From Bacteroidales bacterium (GTDB lineage: Bacteria > Bacteroidota > Bacteroidia > Bacteroidales > FEN-979), in the NCBI GenBank assembly GCA_049520195.1, contig JBEKQA010000001.1:1-55049 (forward strand): a stretch of 55,049 nt of DNA, given 5' to 3'. Positions 1-8,105 of the stretch are shown one piece after another. The position numbers and the translations under genes are program-made. The notes below the pieces were generated by a model. That model ran no database searches. It worked only from the letters and a program-made list of their open reading frames with translations, and was not told where the DNA came from. How positions within the stretch are numbered: the first letter of the stretch is position 1; each line of letters starts with the position of its first letter.

Positions 1-792
1 AGTAAATTCGGCTATTTTCCCAATGTGAATGCCAGAGACTTTTGTCTCTTCAAAATAAGCCATCACATAAAATAACGAATCACGTGTTATTGTAAATACG
101 GGTTGTCCCGGCTGAACGACATCACCAGGAAGCAGCCATCTTTTAGCTATGCGGCCATCTGCAGGGGCAAAAATGCGTGTATTCCTTAATGACGTTTCAA
201 GCACAGATACTTGTGCGGCAGAGGCCTTAGCTGTAGTTTCTGCCACTCCGATCTGCGATTTACTCACATCCGCTTGTGCCTTTGAAGCATCGAGAAGCGC
301 TTTTGACGATTCAAAGGTCTTCTTCGCATGATCGTATTGCTCTTTTGAGATCACCTTGCCGTCATATTGGGCTGATGCACGATCAAAATCATCACTGGCA
401 CGGGATACATTTATCTCCTGCACCGTTTCATTTTTCTGATCGAGTTCATAGCGTGCTTTTGCCTGCTCAATCATAGAGGAAGCCTGCTGAAAAGCAGCTT
501 TTGCCTGTAGTAGTTGAGAGTACAGATCACTGCTATCTATGGTTACCAGCAATTCTCCCATTTTTACACTGTCGCCTTCATCGGCATAGACCGTCAGGAT
601 ACGGCCCAGGATCTTTGCGCTCACTGCCACTCTGTCTGCCTCGATGTATGCATCGTCAGTGGAATAATATGATGTGTATTGTTTATACCATCGCCAGGCA
701 AACACGACCAATGCAATGATAACAAGCGAGAGGGCAATATATGCCCGGATCTTTGCGCCTTTTTTATTTACTTTAACTTCTGATTCACTCAT
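1..792 (-). CDS. HlyD/EmrA-type efflux membrane-fusion (periplasmic adaptor) protein, first 264 codons; ORF continues past the left edge
   Basis: Absent from the ORF track because it has no stop in the window. My minus-strand translation from ATG (complement 792-790) reads MSESEVKVNKKGAKIRAYIALSLVIIALVVFAWRWYKQYTSYYSTDDAYIEADRVAVSAKILGRILTVYADEGDSVKMGELLVTIDSSDL... This gives a short tail, one TM helix, the TDDAY(I/V) lipoyl-like start and then a coiled-coil-like region, as in HlyD/EmrA adaptors. It lies 38 nt downstream of the TetR gene on the same strand. Confidence 0.75.
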   Translation of the reverse strand, partial: MSESEVKVNKKGAKIRAYIALSLVIIALVVFAWRWYKQYTSYYSTDDAYIEADRVAVSAKILGRILTVYADEGDSVKMGELLVTIDSSDLYSQLLQAKAAFQQASSMIEQAKARYELDQKNETVQEINVSRASDDFDRASAQYDGKVISKEQYDHAKKTFESSKALLDASKAQADVSKSQIGVAETTAKASAAQVSVLETSLRNTRIFAPADGRIAKRWLLPGDVVQPGQPVFTITRDSLFYVMAYFEETKVSGIHIGKIAEFT

Positions 793-830
793 AACGGTTT
801 AAAAGTTTTGTTCTTACCAGCGTTTTCTTG

Positions 831-1454
831 TTAATTAATTTTCAATGCTTTTATAAATAAGTGTATAAATTCAAGATGTCTTGCTTCTATATGATTATAA
901 TCTTCCTCACTCAGTTCCCTGAAGTCACGATGCTTCATTACGACCATCCTCAATCCCTGTAAGATATCGATGAACAGATCTGCGGTTTTTGCAGGATTCT
1001 GACAAACAAAGACTCCTGATTTCTTTCCTTTAAGTATTATCGATTCGATAATTTCTGCCTCTTTTTCGCGGAAGTGATTTAATATTTCCTTGATATGAGG
1101 CTTAATAATGTGAAAATCAGCCATCCTGAAAATATTCATATTCATGATATCTTTAAAATGTTCCTGGCGGATCCGGATGAACTCTTTCAACATTACCTCG
1201 GGGTTTGAGAGTTCTTCCAGTCGTTTTGTCAGATGCTTGTAAAATTCACCAAGTTCTTCTTCAATCACTCCTTTAAATAGGCTTTCCTTATCAGGAAAAT
1301 AATAATAAAGTGATGATTTTGATAGGAAAACACCGGAAGCTATCTCACTCATGGTAGTATGCTCAAAGCCATGAATGCCAAAACATTTTCTTGCTTCGGC
1401 AAGAATTTGGTGAAGTTTTTCGGTATAGTCACCCGTATGAGAAATGGATACCAT
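831..1454 (-). CDS. TetR/AcrR family transcriptional regulator
   Basis: 207-aa ORF. The N-terminal HTH region FGIHGFEHTTMSEIASGVFLSKSSLYYYFPDKESLF is typical of TetR/AcrR. It is followed by an all-helical C-terminal domain and sits directly upstream of the efflux adaptor gene. Confidence 0.85.
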   Translation of the reverse strand: MVSISHTGDYTEKLHQILAEARKCFGIHGFEHTTMSEIASGVFLSKSSLYYYFPDKESLFKGVIEEELGEFYKHLTKRLEELSNPEVMLKEFIRIRQEHFKDIMNMNIFRMADFHIIKPHIKEILNHFREKEAEIIESIILKGKKSGVFVCQNPAKTADLFIDILQGLRMVVMKHRDFRELSEEDYNHIEARHLEFIHLFIKALKIN

Positions 1455-1487
1455 CTTCTAACTATTTGACTTTTTTGTTCAAGGGGT

Positions 1488-1495
1488 CAAAGGTA
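1488..1495 (-). promoter_or_regulatory. Bacteroidota-type -7 box (TAccTTTG) for the TetR-efflux operon
   Basis: Plus strand CAAAGGTA is TACCTTTG on the minus strand, 33 nt upstream of the TetR ATG. It matches the TAnnTTTG consensus described for Bacteroides sigma-A promoters. Confidence 0.45.
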
Positions 1496-1507
1496 ATACA
1501 AAAACTA

Positions 1508-1537
1508 ACCGGACAAGAAAAATGTACATTGCCCGGT
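1508..1537 (-). terminator. Putative intrinsic terminator of the peroxiredoxin gene
   Basis: On the minus strand, ACCGGGCAA and TTGTCCGGT form a 9-bp stem (one G-U) around a 12-nt loop, followed by TAGTTTTTG. It sits between the peroxiredoxin stop (1565) and the TetR -7 box. Confidence 0.45.
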
Positions 1538-1564
1538 AATTTTTTTATTAACTCATCCCGGAAA

Positions 1565-2314
1565 TTATTCCTTTATCTTCTTCAACCACATGTACCATGC
1601 GAGTTCGCGAAGAGTCGGATCTTTCTTTGCTGCCAGTTTATCTGCGTCTACTTCCGTTTTCGGGGCCGGAATGAGGACATCTTCTCCGGGCGTCCAATTG
1701 GCCGGAGTCAGGACATTTTTATTGTCGGCAGTTTGAAGAGCAATAAGGGTCCTTTTTATCTCATCTATATTCCTACCAACATTCATCGGGTAAAAGAAGA
1801 TTGCCCTGATCTTCTCATTCGGATCAATAATAAAAACGCCTCTTATATCCCGGGTTGTACTGCTGTATGAATGGATCATACCGTATTTTCTGGAAATCTC
1901 GAGGTCGTTATCCGTGACCAGAGGGAAGTTAATTTTCGGCGTTTCTTTATCTTGATAACGAATCGATTCCATCGATTTCTTCCATGCAAGATGACTGTTT
2001 ACCCCATCTGTTGAAACGACTACAATTTTCGTATCGAGCTTTTCAAAATCCGGTTGTATATCAGCAAGATCAATAATCTCAGAAGAACAAACCGGTGTGA
2101 AGGCAGCAGGATGGCTGAATAATATTTTCCATTTCCCATAAAAATCATTCGGGAATGTGATCTTTCCATTTGTAGATTCGGCGGTGAAGGAAGGAGCAGT
2201 TTCTCCAATCAGAGGAATTCTGACTTCTTGTTTAACCTCAGGTTTATTATCCTGAGCAAATAACTGGCCTGTTATTAGTATTGCAAGCAAAGCGATCAAT
2301 CGTACTGTTTTCAT
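1565..2314 (-). CDS. Peroxiredoxin, 1-Cys (Prx6-like) type, with N-terminal signal peptide
   Basis: 249 aa. The peroxidatic motif FSHPAAFTPVCSSE is present and there is only one Cys in the whole protein. MKTVRLIALLAILITGQLFAQ looks like a Sec signal peptide. Confidence 0.85.
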   Translation of the reverse strand: MKTVRLIALLAILITGQLFAQDNKPEVKQEVRIPLIGETAPSFTAESTNGKITFPNDFYGKWKILFSHPAAFTPVCSSEIIDLADIQPDFEKLDTKIVVVSTDGVNSHLAWKKSMESIRYQDKETPKINFPLVTDNDLEISRKYGMIHSYSSTTRDIRGVFIIDPNEKIRAIFFYPMNVGRNIDEIKRTLIALQTADNKNVLTPANWTPGEDVLIPAPKTEVDADKLAAKKDPTLRELAWYMWLKKIKE

Positions 2315-2342
2315 TTTAATTTTTATTTAGACTAATTTTATG

Positions 2343-2350
2343 CAAAGATA
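2343..2350 (-). promoter_or_regulatory. -7 box (TAtcTTTG) for the peroxiredoxin gene
   Basis: Plus strand CAAAGATA is TATCTTTG on the minus strand, 28 nt upstream of the ATG at 2314. Confidence 0.45.
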
Positions 2351-2438
2351 GTTCTTTCTTTTAAAATTGGGAATTTTAGTTACTCTTTTTATTAACCATG
2401 TTAGAAGACGACCGGGGGATGTTTTATTGCGGGGGAAC

Positions 2439-3162
2439 AGAGTGACAGAGTAACAAAGTAAAGAGAAATAGCGAAATAGCGAGATAGCAAAATAGCGAAA
2501 TCTCTTAGCTGGTGCGCGTTACATAAAAAGCGAAAATGCGAAATGGCGAAATAGTGAATACTCGTTTCTGGCTAATGCTGGGTGGAATTTTCGACGCTGA
2601 GGTGGGGACGGGTGTGAGGCTGTGAACCTCACCCTCAGCCCCTCCCCCAAGAGGGAGGGGAGTTTGGTGACCCTGACACGGAGTGGTTTTTTATTCCTTT
2701 ATTTCTTGCTGCTTTGTTAAACATAGAATTCATTAAAAAATTCTCTGTGGAACTCTGTAACTGCTCTGTGAAACTCTGTGTAATGACTTTCCTGGCAGAA
2801 TTCCGGGTAATGACTTTTCTCAAAGACAACCTTTTGAATAAGAAATTCATCCTTATTTGATCATTAGTTTATTGATTTACTTTCCTTATTCATAAGTTGA
2901 AGGAGGAACGAATGTCGAACGAAGGAAGAACGAAGGATGACTATGGTTTCGATAGAGGGAGGGTATAGTTTAGATGAGGAAAATGAGGTCAGAGATTCGG
3001 AAATATGGGGGTTGAATCTGGAATTTCCTGCCTGCTTAGGCAGGAATTAAAAATTAAAAAAATAGGCAGTAGGCAATAGGCAATGGGAGGTTGAATACCC
3101 TCTAATCTTCTTGATAAACTTGACGAACTTTATAACTTGATGAACTTGACAAACCTGATTGT
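2439..3162. repeat. Intergenic short-tandem-repeat mosaic (island 1)
   Basis: Blocks read directly from the sequence. (1) 8-bp units x8 at 2439-2502: AGAGTGAC AGAGTAAC AAAGTAAA GAGAAATA GCGAAATA GCGAGATA GCAAAATA GCGAAATC. (2) 8-bp x4 at 2530-2561: GCGAAAAT GCGAAATG GCGAAATA GTGAATAC. (3) About 10-bp CTCTGT units x4 at 2742-2785. (4) GTAATGACTTTYC x2 at 2780-2819. (5) 11-bp x3 at 2906-2938: GAACGAATGTC GAACGAAGGAA GAACGAAGGAT. (6) 7-bp x3.5 at 3062-3089: ATAGGCA GTAGGCA ATAGGCA. (7) About 9-bp CTTGAYRAA units x6 at 3110-3162. Confidence 0.9.
2596..2660. other. GC-rich nested hairpin element
   Basis: GCTGAGG (2596-2602) pairs with CCTCAGC (2633-2639) and encloses GTGAGG/CCTCAC (2614-2619/2627-2632). 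Immediately after comes CCCCTCCC-CCAAGA-GGGAGGGG (2639-2660). The local GC content is far above the surroundings. Confidence 0.6.
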
Positions 3163-3229
3163 TGATTTTTTTAATCTGTCTTAACTGTTTTTCCTAAAAA
3201 GATTTTTTATCAGATTAAATAAATTTGTT

Positions 3230-3237
3230 TATCTTTG
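3230..3237 (+). promoter_or_regulatory. -7 box (TAtcTTTG) for rimP-nusA-infB
   Basis: TATCTTTG lies 81 nt upstream of the rimP ATG. There is no plus-strand gene upstream, so the operon needs a promoter in this gap. Confidence 0.5.
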
Positions 3238-3278
3238 CAGTCGATTTGCACTAGTGCACTACTTGTAGAAGATATTTT

Positions 3279-3306
3279 GAGGGGACCTTAGTCCCCTCTT
3301 TTGTTG
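3279..3306 (+). terminator. Intrinsic-terminator-like hairpin in the rimP-nusA-infB leader (candidate attenuator)
   Basis: GAGGGGAC-CTTA-GTCCCCTC is a perfect 8-bp GC-rich stem with a 4-nt loop, followed by TTTTGTTG. It lies between the -7 box (3230) and the rimP ATG (3319). Confidence 0.55.
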
Positions 3307-3318
3307 ATAAATGCAATT

Positions 3319-3774
3319 ATGATCTCAAAAGAAAGCCTACAATCGGTGATTGAGGAGATCCTGTCGGGTTCAGATAAATTTGTTGTGGATATCATGGTTC
3401 AACCCACAAACAGGATATCTGTTTACCTCGATTCTGACACCAGTCTAACGATTCATGATTGCCAGGAGATCAGCCGTTCTATTGAAAGCAGGCTGGACCG
3501 TGAGAAGGAGGATTTTGACCTTACCGTATCTTCTGCTGGGCTGGATCGCCCGGTAAAGCTACTAAGGCAATTCCGGAAAATTATCGGGAAAAAGATCGAA
3601 TTGTTCAGGAATGACGGAAAAGAAATTACAGGAACACTGGTAAAAGCCGATGAAAACTCGCTGGAACTGGAGTACGAGGTTAAGAAACAGAAAAAAGAAA
3701 TAATACGGGAAACAATACTTATCCCGTTATCAGAAATAAAAACAGCAAAATTAATTATCAAATTCGGAAAATAA
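3319..3774 (+). CDS. rimP: Ribosome maturation factor RimP
   Basis: The track ORF 3301-3774 starts at TTG; I prefer the first ATG (MISKESLQSVIEEIL...). About 150 aa, with the conserved position immediately upstream of nusA and a two-domain RimP-like sequence (DCQEISRSIESRLD..., LDRPVK). Confidence 0.85.
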   Translation: MISKESLQSVIEEILSGSDKFVVDIMVQPTNRISVYLDSDTSLTIHDCQEISRSIESRLDREKEDFDLTVSSAGLDRPVKLLRQFRKIIGKKIELFRNDGKEITGTLVKADENSLELEYEVKKQKKEIIRETILIPLSEIKTAKLIIKFGK

Positions 3775-3786
3775 TCATCTAATAAA

Positions 3787-5022
3787 ATGGAACATATCAA
3801 TTTAGTCGAGACCTTTTCAGAATTCAAGGAATTTAAAAACATTGATCGCGAAACTATGATGCGCATCCTCGAGGATGTATTTAAGCATATGCTTTCCAAA
3901 AGGTTCGGCACATCGGATAACTTTGATATCATTGTGAATATCGATAAGGGAGACCTTGAGATCTGGAGAAACCGTATCATTGTTGAGGACAACGATATTA
4001 CAGATCCTAACGCACAGGTGGCATTATCGGAGGCCATCAAAACTGAACCCGATTTCGAAGTGGGAGAAGAACTGTCTGAAGAAATAAAACTGCTCGACTT
4101 TGGGCGTCGTGAGATCCTTGCTATTCGTCAAAACCTGATCTCCAAGATCCAGGAATATGAAAAGGATAACATTTTCAAGAAATATAAAGAGAAAATCGGA
4201 GAGATCATTTCAGGGGAAGTTTACCAGGTATGGAAAAAAGAGATCCTCGTCCTTGATGATGAAAATATTGAATTGATTCTTCCTAAATCTGAACAGATAC
4301 CTTCGGACTTTTACCGTAAAGGTGATACGATCCGTGCCGTTGTTTCAAAGGTGGAAATGAACAACAACAACCCTGTCATTATTCTTTCAAGAACATCCCC
4401 GGTATTTCTTGAGCGCCTTTTTGAATCAGAAGTTCCTGAGGTTTATGATGGTCTGATCAGCATAAAGAATATTGTCAGGGTCCCCGGCGAAAGAGCAAAG
4501 CTGGCTGTAGAATCCTATGACGATCGTATCGACCCTGTTGGTGCATGTGTCGGGATGAAGGGTTCACGTATTCACGGGATCGTTCGTGAACTTAAAAATG
4601 AAAACATTGATGTAATCAACTACACTACCAATCCTTCATTATATATCCAGCGGGCATTAAGCCCCGCCAAGATCACCTCAATCGTGATCGATGAGCCAAC
4701 GAAGAAGGCCGACGTTTATATGAAACCCGACCAGGTTTCTTTAGCTATCGGGAAGGGTGGATTTAACATCAAGCTGGCCGGTAAGCTTACAGGATATGAG
4801 ATTGATGTTTACAGAGATACTGACGTCGACAATGAAGATGTAGATCTCCAGGAATTCTCGGATGAAATCGATCAGTGGATCATAGATGAGTTAAAAGCCA
4901 TCGGATGTGACACTGCAAAAAGCGTTTTAGATCTTGAAGTCAGAGAACTTGTTGACCGGACAGACCTTGAAGAAGAGACAGTAAATGAGCTGGTTCGCAT
5001 TTTAAAAGCAGAGTTTGAATAA
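3787..5022 (+). CDS. nusA: Transcription termination/antitermination factor NusA
   Basis: 411 aa with N-terminal domain, S1 (GEIISGEVYQV...) and two KH domains (DPVGACVGMKGSRI, SLAIGKGGFNIKLAGKLTG). Canonical rimP-nusA-infB order. Confidence 0.97.
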   Translation: MEHINLVETFSEFKEFKNIDRETMMRILEDVFKHMLSKRFGTSDNFDIIVNIDKGDLEIWRNRIIVEDNDITDPNAQVALSEAIKTEPDFEVGEELSEEIKLLDFGRREILAIRQNLISKIQEYEKDNIFKKYKEKIGEIISGEVYQVWKKEILVLDDENIELILPKSEQIPSDFYRKGDTIRAVVSKVEMNNNNPVIILSRTSPVFLERLFESEVPEVYDGLISIKNIVRVPGERAKLAVESYDDRIDPVGACVGMKGSRIHGIVRELKNENIDVINYTTNPSLYIQRALSPAKITSIVIDEPTKKADVYMKPDQVSLAIGKGGFNIKLAGKLTGYEIDVYRDTDVDNEDVDLQEFSDEIDQWIIDELKAIGCDTAKSVLDLEVRELVDRTDLEEETVNELVRILKAEFE

Positions 5023-5069
5023 AATAACTTAATTTTACAAGCCCCTTCGAAAGGGCTGAGCTAAAATCT

Positions 5070-8000
5070 ATGAGTGAAGGCACAACAACAGTTCGATTAA
5101 GTAAAGCAGCTCGTGAGTTCAACATTGGGGTTTCCACTGTTGTGGATTTCCTTTTAAAAAAAGGATTTACCATTGAAAAGGACCCCAACAGCAAACTTTC
5201 GCAGGAGATGTATACTCTTCTGATGAAGGAATTTGCAACTGAAAAGCACGTCAAGGAGGAAGCCCAAAAGATTGGATTGAATTTTGCGCAGCATGAAACC
5301 ATCACCATTGACGATAAAAGGTCAATCGCAAAGGAAAAAGAAAAAGAGTTGGATGAGCCCTTGTACATCAAGAATGCCGCACTCGAATACAATACAAAGC
5401 TTTTTGAATCGCAAAAGAAAGCTACAGAATCTCCGATAAAAGAAACCCCAAAAGAAGAGAAGAAAAAGGAAGAGATTCCGATAAAAGAGCCCTCCAAAAA
5501 GCAAGCAGAGAAAGTTTTGGCAGAGGCACCTGTTGAAACCGTTGCCAAGGCACCCATTGAAGAGCCGGCCGTTGAGACGGAGAAGAAAAAAACACCAAAA
5601 ACCTCAAAGAAAAAATCAACAGAAGAACCTATTGAAGAAGTAAAGCCTACAGAAGAAAAGGTTGCTAAAATTGAAAAACCGAAAATCAAGACTCCTCAGA
5701 TAACAATCATAGGCAAACTTGACCTGGATGCTGTAGAAGCAAAAACTCCAAAGAAGGGAAAGGGAAAGAAAGAAGTAAAGGAAGAACCCATCCAGGAAGT
5801 TGTACCTGAATCGGTTGAAGCACAATTTCCGGAGCCTGAAATTGAAGAAGTTCCTGTGATACCCGACGAGCCGGAAACGATTGAAGAAATCCTGGAAGAA
5901 GAACTTCCCAAGATTGAGGATAACTTTCTCCCGAGGGAAAAGATCAACCTTGTTGGTCCGACCATCCTGGGAACTATGAAGCTTCCCGAGCCAAGAAAAG
6001 CGGTCGACCGTAAAAAACCGGTCGCATCTTCTTCGGATGAGACTGTTAAAGGCAAGAAGAAAAAGCGCAAGAGGATCAAAAAACAGATGGGGACACCGGT
6101 TAGCGATGAAACTGTGGCTGCACCACCAACAGAACATGTAAAGGCCAAACCACACGGGCGTAAAGGCGGGTACAGAGATATTATCAAACCTGAGCTGAGT
6201 GAGGAAGATATCCAGAAACAGATCAAGGAAACCCTTGCAAGGCTGGGTCCTGTTGGAAAATCCAAAGCCTCCAAGTACAGAAGGTTGAAGCGTGAAGCTA
6301 TCAGCCAGCAGATGCAGCAGGAACAGGAGAAGATGGAAGAAGGGAAGAAGGTGATCAAGGTCACTGAATTCGTTACTGCCAACGAGTTGGCAACCATGAT
6401 GAATGTCCCTGTCACAGAAATCATCTCTACCTGTATGTCTCTCGGGTTGTTTGTCTCAATTAACCAGAGACTGGATGCAGAAACCCTCACATTGGTAGCA
6501 GATGAATTTGGTTACCAGGTGGAATTCGTCAGTGTAGATGTTCAGGAAGCCATTTCAAATCTTGAAGAAACCGATGCCCCGGAAGATCTTTTGCATCGTC
6601 CTCCTATTGTAACGGTAATGGGACATGTTGACCATGGGAAAACGAAATTACTCGACTATATAAGAAAATCGAACATTGTTGCCGGAGAAGCCGGAGGAAT
6701 TACCCAGCATATTGGTGCATATGAAGTGAAACTGGAGAATGGAAAATCCATCACTTTCCTTGATACTCCCGGTCATGAGGCTTTCACAGCCATGCGTGCA
6801 AGGGGAGCAAAAGTGACCGATATCGTCATTATCGTTATTGCTGCTGACGACAATGTCATGCCGCAGACCCGGGAAGCCATCAATCATGCCATGGCGGCCC
6901 AGAGTCCCATTGTATTTGCCATCAATAAAATTGATAAACCGAATGCAAATCCGGAGAAGGTCAAGGAAGAGCTCTCGAAGATGAATATCCTGGTTGAGGA
7001 TTGGGGAGGTAAATACCAGTCGCAGGAAATATCGGCAAAAACAGGTGAAAATGTAAACATTCTGCTCGACAAAGTCATGCTGGAAGCCGAAATGCTTAAC
7101 CTGAAAGCCAACCCTTCGCGTCTGGCTTCAGGGACGGTTATTGAATCATCATTGGATAAAGGCAGGGGTTATGTATCAAAGCTACTGGTTCAAAGCGGCA
7201 CCCTGAATATCGGGGATATGGTGCTGGCTGGATCTACTTATGGGAAAGTTAAAGCCATGTATAATGAGCGGAATCTTCCTATCCGGGAAGCAGGTCCTTC
7301 AACTCCCCTATTGATGCTTGGATTGAATGGGGCTCCCCAAGCAGGAGACGTCTTTAACGTGATGGCTGATGAAAAAGAAGTTAAAGCTTTTGCCAATAAA
7401 CGTCTTCAGTTGCAACGGGAACAAGGTATCCGCACGCAGAAACACATTACCCTTGATGAAATTGGACGTCGTATCGCTATTGGTGATTTCAAAGAATTGA
7501 ACCTGATTGTTAAAGGCGATGTAGACGGATCTGTTGAAGCACTTTCAGATTCTTTATTGAAATTGTCTACTGAAGAGGTCATGGTTTCCGTGATCCACAA
7601 ATCTGTAGGAGCCATCACTGAATCTGATGTTTTGCTGGCATCTGCATCCAATGCTATTATTGTCGGATTCCAGGTTCGTCCTTCCCTGAGTGCCCGTAAG
7701 CTTGCCGAACAGGAACAAATCGATATCCGGCTTTACTCAATCATCTACCAGGCTATCGAAGAGATCAAAGCAGCTATTGAAGGGATGCTGTCACCAGAGA
7801 TTGAAGAAAAAATCACCTGCAACATTGAAGTAAGGGAAGTCTTCAGGATAACAAAAGTGGGTACGGTAGCCGGCTGTTATGTTCTTGACGGAAAAGTAAC
7901 ACGTCATACCAAAATCCGGGTTATCCGGGATGGTATCGTCGTCTATACAGGTAACCTGGGATCACTGAAACGATTCAAGGACGATGTGAAAGAGGTCCAA

Positions 8001-8102
8001 TCGGGATATGAATGCGGACTCAACATTGAAAATTTCAATGATATAAAGGTAGGTGATATTATTGAAGGATACGAAGAGATTGAAATCAAACGCCGTCTCT
8101 AA
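5070..8102 (+). CDS. infB: Translation initiation factor IF-2
   Basis: 1010 aa. A long K/E/P-rich N-terminal region is followed by the GTPase domain (VTVMGHVDHGKTKLLD, DTPGHEAF, NKID) and C-terminal IF-2 domains. Confidence 0.98.
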   Translation: MSEGTTTVRLSKAAREFNIGVSTVVDFLLKKGFTIEKDPNSKLSQEMYTLLMKEFATEKHVKEEAQKIGLNFAQHETITIDDKRSIAKEKEKELDEPLYIKNAALEYNTKLFESQKKATESPIKETPKEEKKKEEIPIKEPSKKQAEKVLAEAPVETVAKAPIEEPAVETEKKKTPKTSKKKSTEEPIEEVKPTEEKVAKIEKPKIKTPQITIIGKLDLDAVEAKTPKKGKGKKEVKEEPIQEVVPESVEAQFPEPEIEEVPVIPDEPETIEEILEEELPKIEDNFLPREKINLVGPTILGTMKLPEPRKAVDRKKPVASSSDETVKGKKKKRKRIKKQMGTPVSDETVAAPPTEHVKAKPHGRKGGYRDIIKPELSEEDIQKQIKETLARLGPVGKSKASKYRRLKREAISQQMQQEQEKMEEGKKVIKVTEFVTANELATMMNVPVTEIISTCMSLGLFVSINQRLDAETLTLVADEFGYQVEFVSVDVQEAISNLEETDAPEDLLHRPPIVTVMGHVDHGKTKLLDYIRKSNIVAGEAGGITQHIGAYEVKLENGKSITFLDTPGHEAFTAMRARGAKVTDIVIIVIAADDNVMPQTREAINHAMAAQSPIVFAINKIDKPNANPEKVKEELSKMNILVEDWGGKYQSQEISAKTGENVNILLDKVMLEAEMLNLKANPSRLASGTVIESSLDKGRGYVSKLLVQSGTLNIGDMVLAGSTYGKVKAMYNERNLPIREAGPSTPLLMLGLNGAPQAGDVFNVMADEKEVKAFANKRLQLQREQGIRTQKHITLDEIGRRIAIGDFKELNLIVKGDVDGSVEALSDSLLKLSTEEVMVSVIHKSVGAITESDVLLASASNAIIVGFQVRPSLSARKLAEQEQIDIRLYSIIYQAIEEIKAAIEGMLSPEIEEKITCNIEVREVFRITKVGTVAGCYVLDGKVTRHTKIRVIRDGIVVYTGNLGSLKRFKDDVKEVQSGYECGLNIENFNDIKVGDIIEGYEEIEIKRRL

Positions 8103-8105
8103 TTT

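Noticed and set aside
1465-1491. TTTGAC-N15-GTCAAA as the TetR operator
   Set aside because: The arms are only 6 bp with a 15-bp spacer, which is easily produced by chance in AT-rich DNA and unlike the compact palindromes typical of TetR operators.
2635-2850. 71-aa minus-strand ORF inside repeat island 1
   Set aside because: It is built from the CTCTGT and GTAATGACTTT tandem repeats and the GC hairpin. The repetitive peptide (RKVITRNSARKVITQS) simply reflects repeat units. There is no plausible start context.
2880-3100. GGA-rich stretch as a CsrB/RsmZ-like protein-sponge RNA
   Set aside because: Many GGA triplets occur, but they are part of GAACGAAGGA-type tandem units rather than hairpin loops. 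As far as I know, CsrA/RsmA is not a feature of Bacteroidota. The idea is pure speculation without support in the sequence.
2439-3162. Possibility that the tandem repeats are CRISPR arrays
   Set aside because: The units are 7-11 bp and directly abutting, with no 25-40 bp unique spacers. There are no repeats of 24-48 bp and no cas genes in the window.
3453-4040. 195-aa minus-strand ORF spanning the rimP/nusA junction
   Set aside because: It is antisense to two well-supported conserved genes, the translation is Ser/Ile/Phe-rich and featureless, and there is no promoter box.
4940-6490. Long minus-strand ORFs (4940-5689, 5616-6155, 5696-6490 and shorter ones) antisense to infB
   Set aside because: They lie entirely inside the secure IF-2 gene, opposite its K/E/P-rich low-complexity N-terminal region. 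Their translations are low-complexity S/F/L-rich strings with no start context. They are an artefact of codon composition.
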